From positions 902 through 64,901 of the IMG/VR virus record IMGVR_UViG_3300033121_001938: a DNA stretch of 64,000 nucleotides; one strand, written 5' to 3'. This stretch comes from a virus. Taxonomy: Duplodnaviria; Caudoviricetes. The number at the start of each line of letters is the position of its first letter. Position 1 is the stretch's first letter. The position numbers were made by a program, and so were the translations under genes. The notes beneath the pieces were generated by a model. The model was given only the letters and a program-made list of their open reading frames with translations. It made no database searches and was not told the origin of the DNA. This document shows positions 28,064 to 37,424 of this stretch, piece by piece.

Positions 28064-28990
28064 TTATTTATGATTATCCAATAAGTTTTGAACATAATTT
28101 TTAACTAATTCCCATGTTACTGGTCCTGTTTCATCAGCATATTCTACTGGATCAGGTCTTCCTAATTTTATAAATGCTTCTATACGTTCTACCGATGCTG
28201 CTGATTTGTAATCTGAGTACCATTTATATTTGTTTAATTTAATTCCATTTTGGTTTTCATTAAAAGTTGGGATTCCAATTTTTTTAATTCCTTTATATTC
28301 ATAATCAGCAAATCTAATTGGTTTGTAACTTGTATTAGTACGTTTAAATACTTCATCAAAATCTAAACCTAATTTTTTACAATCGTTTTCTGCTTCTTTT
28401 AATATATCAAATTTATTAACATATAAATAAGGAGTTAATATATTTACTTTTTCTGCTCCCCAATTACCTTTTACAAAAGCTGCAAAATCCATATCTCTAA
28501 AATCCTGCCTACAATCGGGATAAATTGCATGATCACCTGCATGTATTCCCATTGCAATAACACATTCATCTCCTGTTTTATTAGCAATTGATAATGCTAC
28601 TGCTTGTATAATTGAACTAAAGATCTTATTACGATTAGGTACTACTGTATCCTTCATATTTTCCTGTTCATAATGACCTTCAGGGACTTCTTCTCCACCT
28701 TCAACTAAAGTTGAGTTTAATAATGAGGATAAACCATCTATTGTTATTATTCGATGATTTATTATATTTAAATGTTCTCTTTTTTCCTTTGGAATAGCAT
28801 CAAGGCCTACTTTTTCTAAGAAAGAAAAATTAATATATTCAACTAATTCTTTAGCTCGTTCTAACTCAACTTTATGTTTTTGACCATAATCAAAAGATAA
28901 AGCTGTTACTTTATATCCTTGAGCTAATAATAGTAATAATAAACTACTACTATCCATCCCTCCACTAAGTGATAATACTGCTTGTTTCAT
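28064..28990 (-). CDS. queC: 7-cyano-7-deazaguanine synthase
   Basis: SLSGGMDSS, FDYGQKH, VPNRN and HAGDHAIYPDC. Confidence 0.93.
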   Translation of the reverse strand: MKQAVLSLSGGMDSSSLLLLLLAQGYKVTALSFDYGQKHKVELERAKELVEYINFSFLEKVGLDAIPKEKREHLNIINHRIITIDGLSSLLNSTLVEGGEEVPEGHYEQENMKDTVVPNRNKIFSSIIQAVALSIANKTGDECVIAMGIHAGDHAIYPDCRQDFRDMDFAAFVKGNWGAEKVNILTPYLYVNKFDILKEAENDCKKLGLDFDEVFKRTNTSYKPIRFADYEYKGIKKIGIPTFNENQNGIKLNKYKWYSDYKSAASVERIEAFIKLGRPDPVEYADETGPVTWELVKNYVQNLLDNHK

Positions 28991-28991
28991 T

Positions 28992-29339
28992 TTAATCTTT
29001 TTTTAATCCAAATCCATGTTCGTTTTCAGATAAAGCAAACTCTATCATTATCATTGCATCTTGCATTAATAATGAATTTATTTCTTTTAATTCTTCTTCT
29101 GCTTCATTTAAACGTTCAATATAATAATTATCAATTAATTTAGTTGTAGCAAAAAATTCATCAAGGAATTCTTTAGGATAAGTAAAAACATATCCATTAT
29201 ATTTTGGATTATTTATTTGTTTTAATTTAGTGGGAATATTTTTTCTGATTTTAGCATATTCATTTACTAATCGTCCTAATTTAGGACCTGCAGCATGACC
29301 TAAATAATCATAAAGGGATAAAAAATTGTAATTGTTCAT
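28992..29339 (-). CDS. hypothetical protein between dpdA-like and queC
   Basis: SLYDYLGHAAG...NPKYNGYVFTYP. Confidence 0.55.
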   Translation of the reverse strand: MNNYNFLSLYDYLGHAAGPKLGRLVNEYAKIRKNIPTKLKQINNPKYNGYVFTYPKEFLDEFFATTKLIDNYYIERLNEAEEELKEINSLLMQDAMIMIEFALSENEHGFGLKKD

Positions 29340-29343
29340 AATA

Positions 29344-30108
29344 TTATTTTAATAATTTTCTAAATAGAGATACGTTAAATATAATAGTTTCCTTTTGCCC
29401 TTCTAAATTTTTCTCCATTATATCTTCTAATATTGCTTTGGGTTTATCATAAGGTAATTCAGGATCTAATTTAACCCCTATTGCTCCACATGAATTAATA
29501 TATTTAAAATCCTTATAAACTTGAAATTCTCTCCAATCAGATGATCCTAATAAATGATGATAAACATTTTCATTTAAAATATTATTTTCAGCTAATTTTC
29601 TTATAAATTCTATTCTACCGTATTTTTGGGCTTTTAATTTATCATATTCAGGATACATTTTAATATATGCTTCACTTGAATGATTAAATGCAATATATTT
29701 GTAACCTAAATCAATTAATGTTTGATAACATATTATTAATTCATGAAGATCTTTTCCTTGACACACAGCCATTATATTAGTATAATATTCATTTTTTAAT
29801 GCCTTTTGATAAGTATTTACCCATGTTTTAGCATTACGTAATGTTGTTGAAGAATCATTCCATTCATCAGGTACAATAAAAATATTTGGTTGAATTAAAT
29901 CTATTAATTCAAGTAGTTCACTATTTGAATAATGGAACCCTTCAAATAATCCATTATCTAATATGATAAATCTTCCATCTTTTTTAGCTTGGAGAAAGTA
30001 CTCTTTATATTCTTGATGTTTCAAAAAATTAGGTAAACAATAATCAAAATCATTCAATTCATAACCGTGTTTTAGTAATGAAAGAGGCAATTCATGTGAA
30101 ATTTTCAT
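29344..30108 (-). CDS. TGT-fold DNA 7-deazaguanine transglycosylase-like protein (DpdA-like)
   Basis: ILDNGLFE, IVPDEW, VCQG and HHLLG; sits among queC, queD, queE and folE. Confidence 0.7.
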   Translation of the reverse strand: MKISHELPLSLLKHGYELNDFDYCLPNFLKHQEYKEYFLQAKKDGRFIILDNGLFEGFHYSNSELLELIDLIQPNIFIVPDEWNDSSTTLRNAKTWVNTYQKALKNEYYTNIMAVCQGKDLHELIICYQTLIDLGYKYIAFNHSSEAYIKMYPEYDKLKAQKYGRIEFIRKLAENNILNENVYHHLLGSSDWREFQVYKDFKYINSCGAIGVKLDPELPYDKPKAILEDIMEKNLEGQKETIIFNVSLFRKLLK

Positions 30109-30111
30109 AAC

Positions 30112-30648
30112 CTATTTTACTTTAATTTTAAATTTTAATTTTTCTCCATTTGGTTTACTATAAATAGCATAAGAAGGAATTAATTCAAATTTTTGACCTT
30201 CTAACATTTTAGTATATCTTTTACCAGTTCCAGCAATAACGTATGCTATTGTTAAGTGTGGATGATAATCAGGAAAATCATTTGTATTAGGTAATTTACT
30301 TAATTCTTTATTACAAGAATTTAAATTAGGTCCATTAACATCAAATTTTAAAACATCATATTTATCATTATTTTGGAATAATGAAGCATTATATATTTTA
30401 CAAGGACCAAAGGTAAATTTCTTTAAAATTTCTTTAATTTGTTCATCTGTTACTTCTTCATGTAATCCGTATAATAAAGTAGTATGTGGTTCTTCTTCTA
30501 ATCCAAACGTTCTATCACCTTCTTCTTCATATAAATCTTTTGGATCAATTGCATCATGGATTTTATTTATTTCAGGAAAATTAAAATAAAGCATTACACA
30601 TCCATAATTGTATACTCCTTCTAACAATAAATCTTTTAATTTTATCAT
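30112..30648 (-). CDS. 2H phosphoesterase, T4 gp57B/Acb1-like (candidate anti-CBASS nuclease)
   Basis: Two HxT motifs, EPHTTLLYGLH and YHPHLTIAY; YDVLK; about 180 aa. Confidence 0.75.
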   Translation of the reverse strand: MIKLKDLLLEGVYNYGCVMLYFNFPEINKIHDAIDPKDLYEEEGDRTFGLEEEPHTTLLYGLHEEVTDEQIKEILKKFTFGPCKIYNASLFQNNDKYDVLKFDVNGPNLNSCNKELSKLPNTNDFPDYHPHLTIAYVIAGTGKRYTKMLEGQKFELIPSYAIYSKPNGEKLKFKIKVK

Positions 30649-30935
30649 ATTAAATTATCTGTTTCTGTTATTTGCATTGAAGAATAAGGCTCTATTTCTA
30701 ATGCAACATAATCTATTTTTCCTTGATGATATGTAAACATATGTAATATATGTGATACATTAATTCCTTTATTTTTATCAAATTTACCGTATCTACATTC
30801 TACTTTAAAATCTTCATCAGTCCATAAATAAACTATTATGGTATAATCTTCACCACAATCAGGAAATTTTTTAAATAACTCTTCTTTAAGTTGTTTAATT
30901 ACTTCTTCTATTTTATTTGTGAAATTATAATTCAT
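30645..30935 (-). CDS. hypothetical protein
   Basis: Packed ORF. Confidence 0.5.
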   Translation of the reverse strand: MNYNFTNKIEEVIKQLKEELFKKFPDCGEDYTIIVYLWTDEDFKVECRYGKFDKNKGINVSHILHMFTYHQGKIDYVALEIEPYSSMQITETDNLI

Positions 30936-31411
30936 TCTGAATATATTGCTGAGTTTTTATTATTTTCAAAACATTCAACTGATACTACTTTACATCTTGC
31001 TCCATCTGTTTTACTGAGAGTATCATTAAATTTATCAAATACTAATTTTGCTAAATTTTCTGCTCCCATTTTATCCATAATTCTTAATTTACAAAGTCCT
31101 TCCATTGCTGCACTTTGAAAGAAATCAAGATAAGGATCATCTTTTTCAATTAACAAAGTATGATCAAACATATCATCCATCCATGCTTTAAGGCCGTTTC
31201 CTCTTGGTGGATCTTTAAAACCACCAAAATCGACAACCCAATTCATGTCATCTAAACCTCCATTTATATCATCTGGATTTACAGGAGCAAATATAACTTT
31301 AAATGAAAAAGCATAACCATGCAATAATTGACAATGAGAATGTTTTGCCTTATGTTGACGAAGAGCTACAGAATAATTATCAAATAATTTTGTTGAAAAA
31401 TATTTTCCCAT
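30932..31411 (-). CDS. queD: 6-carboxy-5,6,7,8-tetrahydropterin synthase
   Basis: HCQLLHGY, WVVDFG, FDHT, GAENLA and VECFE. Confidence 0.92.
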   Translation of the reverse strand: MGKYFSTKLFDNYSVALRQHKAKHSHCQLLHGYAFSFKVIFAPVNPDDINGGLDDMNWVVDFGGFKDPPRGNGLKAWMDDMFDHTLLIEKDDPYLDFFQSAAMEGLCKLRIMDKMGAENLAKLVFDKFNDTLSKTDGARCKVVSVECFENNKNSAIYSE

Positions 31412-31412
31412 C

Positions 31413-31556
31413 TTAAAACAATTTATGTTTCTTTTTTGTTGTAATAGTTGTAACCTTATGTTTTCCTTTACCTGTTGTTTTTGTTGTTGTAATTGTAGTA
31501 GTACAAGAACTTAAGACAATTCCAATAATAATTAACAAACTAATTACTTTCTTCAT
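31413..31556 (-). CDS. Small lipoprotein (47 aa)
   Basis: Manual translation MKKVISLLIIIGIVLSSC-TTTITTTKTTGKGKHKVTTITTKKKHKLF; signal peptide with LSSC lipobox. Confidence 0.65.
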   Translation of the reverse strand: MKKVISLLIIIGIVLSSCTTTITTTKTTGKGKHKVTTITTKKKHKLF

Positions 31557-31703
31557 TATCTATAGTTTTTAATATTTCTTCTTCAGTATTTTGAACCAAT
31601 TTAAATAAATTAGAACTTAATTCTGTTAACTTATCAGGAGTTAATTTAGATAAATCTAATAAACCTAATTCAAATGCTTTTTCTTTTATATCATCTATTT
31701 CGT

Positions 31704-32051
31704 TCATTCTTTAGGTTTAAATACTTCATCTAAATCTACACCTACTAATGCAGCAATTTGTTTTAAAAGTTTTATCTTATCTTCTATTTCACAATCAGGT
31801 TCATTATTCTTTTCATCATATTCCTTAGCACGTTTAAGAAGTTTCTTTAAATCTTCTACTTCTTTCTTAAGATCTTCAAATTCTTTTCTTGTAGGGGCCG
31901 GTTGTTGGGGATTTAGTTTTTTAATAAAATCCTCCCAATAATCATTTGGAATAACAGGATTTATTGGAGTTGGAGAATATGGTTGAATATATGGTTTCCA
32001 TTTTTTCCATTCATCATTATAATGATCACCAATCATTGATACTACACACAT
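31704..32051 (-). CDS. hypothetical protein with coiled coil
   Basis: ORF with a promoter-like site (TTTA-N20-TATATTAT) at 32067-32098. Confidence 0.6.
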   Translation of the reverse strand: MCVVSMIGDHYNDEWKKWKPYIQPYSPTPINPVIPNDYWEDFIKKLNPQQPAPTRKEFEDLKKEVEDLKKLLKRAKEYDEKNNEPDCEIEDKIKLLKQIAALVGVDLDEVFKPKE

Positions 32052-32100
32052 AACTTAATATTTTTAATAATATAATATTTTTATTTTGCCTAAATAAATT

Positions 32101-32129
32101 AAGCCGTCTTATATTTAATAAGACGACTT
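32101..32129 (-). terminator. Intrinsic terminator-like hairpin
   Basis: CGTCTTAT / ATAAGACG stem. Confidence 0.6.
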
Positions 32130-32149
32130 AAAATAATTTTTAAATGAAA

Positions 32150-32638
32150 TTAAATAGGTTGAGCTGGACTAAAAGTAACAACTAAATCTGTTTCTTGAGG
32201 AGTAGGTGCAACTGATACAGTTACATTTACTTCTACACTTTTTGTAGTATGTACAGGATATCCTGTATTGGAATCTGTATAATCTACATCTGATTTAATT
32301 GTAACTACTGCTTGTCCTACTCCAATAGCAACTAATTTGTTATTAGAATCTACTGTTACTACATTTTCATCACTTGATGAATTTTGTGGGTTTGAAAAAA
32401 GTGCTGATACTGGTTGTTGAGTATTGTGATCTACTAAACTTAAAGTACCTACAACAAATTCTCCTACGTGAAATAATAAATCCATGGGTTTTGTTTTTTT
32501 ATTGTTATTAAATAATTGTGGATAAAAATCAATTACCATATCTACTTTAGAATAACCAATTTTACGTTTTCTTATTAAAAATGTTACATAAAGAGGTAAC
32601 ATAAAACTAATACATAATAATTTCAATATGTCATACAT
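32150..32638 (-). CDS. Ig-like (Big_2-like) domain protein; likely start MDLLFH at 32485
   Basis: SSDENVVTVDSN...AIGVGQAVVTI; A-rich leader before 32485. Confidence 0.55.
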   Translation of the reverse strand: MYDILKLLCISFMLPLYVTFLIRKRKIGYSKVDMVIDFYPQLFNNNKKTKPMDLLFHVGEFVVGTLSLVDHNTQQPVSALFSNPQNSSSDENVVTVDSNNKLVAIGVGQAVVTIKSDVDYTDSNTGYPVHTTKSVEVNVTVSVAPTPQETDLVVTFSPAQPI

Positions 32639-32650
32639 AAATATATGTTT

Positions 32651-34696
32651 TTAAGTTATTTCACAATTATTTCCAGCACATGCTGCTTGATCCATTAAAC
32701 TTGTATTATCATCAAATTCCACTACTTTTGTTAAATCAAGTTCATGTAAATGTTTTTTCATTTCATCAAATTTTGATTTATCTATTGTCTGAAAAGGAGC
32801 CTGAACATAAGTATGACCATCATAAGGTAATACTGATAAACCATTATAATAATCTTTATTTTTCCACATCCATTCACCTACTTCTTCCCATTCTTTTTCT
32901 TTTATTGAAATTGTAGCACTTACATTATTTGTGTTTTCCCCTTTACGATGACCTGCTTTAACCCATTCTATATTAAATTTTTTAACACGTTCTAATAAAT
33001 CCAAAGCAGTTGTATTATTTCTTGTAAATGCTCCTTTTGGTGCTTTTTGAGGAACAGAAACAATAGCTTGTATTGTAGGTTTAAATTTATCATCTTCTAA
33101 TAATTCAGGATGATAAATTAATAAATGAGTATATAATGATTCATTTTTACCTAAACGAATTGTTCTAATATAAAATTCATCATGCCAATCATGAATACCA
33201 CTTGATGTCCCTAAAACTAATGAACTAGTTCCACTTGGTTTTACTGTTGTACATCTTGCTGCTTTATTAATACCAATTATTTTTGCAACTCGTTCATTCT
33301 CTAATTTAACAATCTCAGCTGCTTCTTCCAAACTGAATTTAAAAATTTTACCGGATGCTATACCAGTCATTCCAACACCAATTAATGCATCTTTTTCAGT
33401 TGTTCTTCTCCAAATATCTCTAAGATAATGGAAATTAGTGTATGAAGCTTGTAATGTTCCTATTAAAGCTGCTACTTTAGCTCTTTCATTTAAATCTTCC
33501 TGTGATTCAATATCTGAAACATTGATTTCCGTTAAATTACAAAATTGATAAGGACGTAATGCTATTTCACAACATGGATTAGTTCCATAATCTTTATCAT
33601 TAGAAAAATAAGTTCCAGGTTCCCCACTGTTTGATAATTCTACTTTTTTCCATAAATTAAGAAACTCTTTTTTTGTAATTTTATGACGTAAAATCATTGC
33701 AGAATTATTAGCTCTACCTCTTTGTAGATTACAAACCCACCAACCTAAAGTACCATCATAATTATATTGTTCTAAATCCCAAAATTTGTTATTTTCCTTA
33801 TCTTTTCTTATTAATATATTATTATATATTCTTCCATTTTGTTCAACTGTTAATTCAATAGTATCTTCATCTATTTGAAGTCCAGAACCATCAGTGTATT
33901 TATAAAAATCCTTTGATAATATTTTAGATTTAATGTTAGATGATTTAGCATTTAACATTTCTTCATCATCTAGATCAAATAAAGAAATTAATGCTGCTCT
34001 TCTAATTCCACCACTTAATACTGCATCTGCTATATGACAAATAATATCATGGCATTCTTCAGGTGTAAGTTTATCACCATTATTTTTTCTATCTAATATT
34101 GTTTGTATTTGATGTAAACATTCTTTTAAAGGTTCAGGACCTGGTGCTTTCCCTCCTGCTGTTAAAAGTTTTGCTCCTTTTTCTCTAATATCTCTATAAT
34201 CAAAATCAGGTTTAGGTGTTCCTGTAAGATATGATTTCATTAACATTCTTATAGCATCAGACCAGCCTTCAATACTATCACCAATAAGATATCTTCTTGT
34301 TTTTAATGGTATTTTTATTTCAGGTAATTTATCTACATGATGTGTTTGAATACTATACCCAACCCCACATCCTGAAAGTAATAAAAACATTGCTTCTGAA
34401 AAGCATCTATAATCATCTATTGGTAGATAAGCACAATTATAAATTCTTGCATTATTAATTTCAATTGGTTTTCCACTAAATTGTAAAGCCCTCATTGAGG
34501 GTAATACTTTTTTATTATGAACTAATTTATATGAACGATTAATTTCCTCTTTTAATTGAGGAAATTTATCTATATGCATGTTTTTATTTCTATTAACTAA
34601 TTCTTTCCATGTTTCTCTTCTTTTTAATTTATCATTATATTTTGCATACTTTAAAAAGACAGTAATATCTGATAGAATATTTTGTTCTATATCCAT
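32651..34696 (-). CDS. nrdJ: Class II (B12-dependent) ribonucleotide reductase
   Basis: PSMRALQF, NCAY, GGIRRAA, TNPCCEI, FCNLTE, VKPSGT and C-terminal CAGNNC. Confidence 0.93.
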   Translation of the reverse strand: MDIEQNILSDITVFLKYAKYNDKLKRRETWKELVNRNKNMHIDKFPQLKEEINRSYKLVHNKKVLPSMRALQFSGKPIEINNARIYNCAYLPIDDYRCFSEAMFLLLSGCGVGYSIQTHHVDKLPEIKIPLKTRRYLIGDSIEGWSDAIRMLMKSYLTGTPKPDFDYRDIREKGAKLLTAGGKAPGPEPLKECLHQIQTILDRKNNGDKLTPEECHDIICHIADAVLSGGIRRAALISLFDLDDEEMLNAKSSNIKSKILSKDFYKYTDGSGLQIDEDTIELTVEQNGRIYNNILIRKDKENNKFWDLEQYNYDGTLGWWVCNLQRGRANNSAMILRHKITKKEFLNLWKKVELSNSGEPGTYFSNDKDYGTNPCCEIALRPYQFCNLTEINVSDIESQEDLNERAKVAALIGTLQASYTNFHYLRDIWRRTTEKDALIGVGMTGIASGKIFKFSLEEAAEIVKLENERVAKIIGINKAARCTTVKPSGTSSLVLGTSSGIHDWHDEFYIRTIRLGKNESLYTHLLIYHPELLEDDKFKPTIQAIVSVPQKAPKGAFTRNNTTALDLLERVKKFNIEWVKAGHRKGENTNNVSATISIKEKEWEEVGEWMWKNKDYYNGLSVLPYDGHTYVQAPFQTIDKSKFDEMKKHLHELDLTKVVEFDDNTSLMDQAACAGNNCEIT

Positions 34697-34717
34697 TCTA
34701 ATTTCTTGTTTTAAACC

Positions 34718-34978
34718 TTATAAATGTTTTTTAATAATCCCTGCTATAACCGATTTAGACAAAACTCCAGTGAAACGATATACTTGACCTCCATTTTTTT
34801 CTATTATTACAGTTGGAATACTAGTTACATTATTTTCAAGTGCTAAGGGTTTATTTTGATCAACATCTATTGTTTGAAATTGTACTTCATGCATTTCACT
34901 TTGTAATTCATTAAATATTGGAGCTAAAGCTTTACATGGTTGACACCAGTTTGCTGTAAATCGTTTTACTACTAACAT
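34718..34978 (-). CDS. Thioredoxin
   Basis: WCQPC, IDVD and SIPT. Confidence 0.92.
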   Translation of the reverse strand: MLVVKRFTANWCQPCKALAPIFNELQSEMHEVQFQTIDVDQNKPLALENNVTSIPTVIIEKNGGQVYRFTGVLSKSVIAGIIKKHL

Positions 34979-35002
34979 AAATTATTTTTATACTTATAAA
35001 TA

Positions 35003-36382
35003 TTAAACTAATTCTTCTTTTTCAAATTTTTTAAATTTGTCTCTTAAAATATATCTATCATCATCATTGAAATCTTCTTGTTGTTTTCCTTTATTACTAT
35101 TTTCTATTTCATCATCATCATAAGGTTGTTCATTTATTTCAATATGTCCATTAGAAGTATTTATTTTTGAACCAAAAGTTAAACCATCAGGTCCATATCT
35201 ATTTCCCATAATATGCCATCTTCCCGTCCCGTTTATTTTATCTTTCCTTCCTCTAGCTAATGATATTAAAATATCTGCTACCATTATTTTGTCATAAGAG
35301 CCTGCTGCATGACGTCCCTCTAATATTTCTTCTTCAGCACCAGTTCTATTTGCTTGAGATGGTGAAACAATAGGAATTTTAAGTTCACCTGCTAATCCTT
35401 TTGCATGAACATAAACATCATCAATTTCTTCTTTTCTATCTTTTCTTGCTCTAGTTCTTACATAATCTAAGTAATCAATTAAAATTATATGAGGAACAAA
35501 ATCTTCTTGATTTTTTAATTGTTCAATATGGGCTTCAATAGTATCAAATGATGCTCTTTTTGGAGGATATCCTTTAATTACTATCTTACCTTTTAAGTTT
35601 TTTAATACTTGATTTACTTTATCTTTATTTTTATCTAATTCATCAACAGGTATACCAGTTAATACAGCATCATATCTTTTACCTGTATATCCTTCTGTTA
35701 ATTCAAGACTATAATGGAGTACATTATAACCTAATTCTGCTAAATAAGCACCTATTGCTATAATACTCCATGATTTACCTCCTTTAGGATTACCAAATAT
35801 AAGAACCAAATCCCCACCTCCCATTCCTCCTTGGGTTAAGTCATTAAATGTTTTCCAAGGAAAGGGTAAAGCATTTCTATCATCATCTCTATATCTTTGT
35901 TCCATATCCTTAGAATATATATGACCTATATTCTTTTCTTCTCCAGCTTTCATTGCTTTACTTACCAATGAATGAATACCTTCATAATCCCCTGCATTTA
36001 ATAAATCGACTGAAGTCATAATTGCCTTCTTCATTTGTTGATTACGGCAAAAATTACTAAATTCTTTTTCAACCCATTCTAAATCATTTACATCAGCCAT
36101 TTTATAAGCTTCACGTAATGATTCTATAAGAGATATTCTTAAAACTTCATTATCTATTTTTTTAATCTGAATAGATACTGTTTCCATTGCAGGATAAGTA
36201 TGATAATCAGAAAAATATTCTATAATATATTCTACTATCCATTTATGGGCAGGAGATTCAAAATATTCACTATCAAGTGAATCTATTATATTAATTAGAA
36301 ATTCTCTTTGAGTTAGTAAAGCCCCCAACACTTTCATCTGGAATGCATTACCATATGAATTTAATTTGTTTAATGTAGTCAT
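35003..36382 (-). CDS. Replicative helicase (DnaB/T4 gp41-like)
   Basis: GNPKGGKS, HYSLEL, IDYLD, PSQANR and NRYG. Confidence 0.92.
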   Translation of the reverse strand: MTTLNKLNSYGNAFQMKVLGALLTQREFLINIIDSLDSEYFESPAHKWIVEYIIEYFSDYHTYPAMETVSIQIKKIDNEVLRISLIESLREAYKMADVNDLEWVEKEFSNFCRNQQMKKAIMTSVDLLNAGDYEGIHSLVSKAMKAGEEKNIGHIYSKDMEQRYRDDDRNALPFPWKTFNDLTQGGMGGGDLVLIFGNPKGGKSWSIIAIGAYLAELGYNVLHYSLELTEGYTGKRYDAVLTGIPVDELDKNKDKVNQVLKNLKGKIVIKGYPPKRASFDTIEAHIEQLKNQEDFVPHIILIDYLDYVRTRARKDRKEEIDDVYVHAKGLAGELKIPIVSPSQANRTGAEEEILEGRHAAGSYDKIMVADILISLARGRKDKINGTGRWHIMGNRYGPDGLTFGSKINTSNGHIEINEQPYDDDEIENSNKGKQQEDFNDDDRYILRDKFKKFEKEELV

Positions 36383-36401
36383 ATTATTTTTTCGTAACTT
36401 A

Positions 36402-37424
36402 TTATTTGTAATTGTTTAATGAACCAAATACTTGATTCAGCCAATTATTTACATTAGGTATTGATTCACCTAATTTATCTTTTATATACATCTGCATAAA
36501 AGCATTTGTATTTAGTTCATAAGGAGTATCAAATTCTGATTGAATTTGTTTTATATTTTCTTTTGATAATGGAATGTTTTTTAAATCCATTAATTGACTG
36601 TTAATTTCAAGTTGTTTTCTTTGAGATAATATTGAAGTATATAAATTATGTTCATCTTCTTTTTTCTTAGCCTCCTTCAATATACCTTCCAAAGTTAAAG
36701 GTTTAGATTTTGCCAAACCAGGAAAAAGTTTAAGTATCTTTTTAGGTCCTAATTTTTCAATACCAGGTAAATTATCTGAAGAATCACCCATTAATATTTT
36801 ATAATTAATAAAGTTAAGATGTGATACTTTATATTCTCTCAAAACATCTTCAGGCCCATAAAATTTCTTTTTAATTGGAGAATATACTCTTGTTTTTTTA
36901 CTCACCAATTGCAAAAAATCTTGATCAGCAGAAACTATTGTTATTTCTTTAGTTTTTTTAACTTTCTCAAGTTTATTAACTAAAAACCCCATTGTATCAT
37001 CTGCTTCAATACCATCAATACAAATTACTGTAACTGGTAAACATTTTAAATATTGAATCAACCTTTCCATTTGGTTTTTAATTGATTCATCTTCATCTTT
37101 TTTAGTATCAAATATACTAAAATTAGTTACACGACTGTTTCTATGTCCTTTATAATCAGGGTAAAGATTACGTTTACTATTTGAACCGCCTGCTCCGTCA
37201 AATACTATTACAACTTTAGTTGGATTTGTAATTTTGATTACATAACCTATTGATTTAAGAAAACCAGTAAGACCACCAATGTGATGACCGTACTGGTTTA
37301 AATGTTGTATTATAGTAAATGAGCGTAAAAATGTATTTAACCCATCTATTATTAAAATAGATTCTTCTACATTTCTAGGGTTATTATTTATTTGGGATAA
37401 TAATTCACTATATTTATTCTTCAT
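36402..37424 (-). CDS. 5'-3' exonuclease / flap endonuclease (Pol I 5' domain, T4 RNase H-like)
   Basis: IIDGLN, VFDG, YKGHR, EADD, SADQD and GDSSDNLPG. Confidence 0.92.
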   Translation of the reverse strand: MKNKYSELLSQINNNPRNVEESILIIDGLNTFLRSFTIIQHLNQYGHHIGGLTGFLKSIGYVIKITNPTKVVIVFDGAGGSNSKRNLYPDYKGHRNSRVTNFSIFDTKKDEDESIKNQMERLIQYLKCLPVTVICIDGIEADDTMGFLVNKLEKVKKTKEITIVSADQDFLQLVSKKTRVYSPIKKKFYGPEDVLREYKVSHLNFINYKILMGDSSDNLPGIEKLGPKKILKLFPGLAKSKPLTLEGILKEAKKKEDEHNLYTSILSQRKQLEINSQLMDLKNIPLSKENIKQIQSEFDTPYELNTNAFMQMYIKDKLGESIPNVNNWLNQVFGSLNNYK

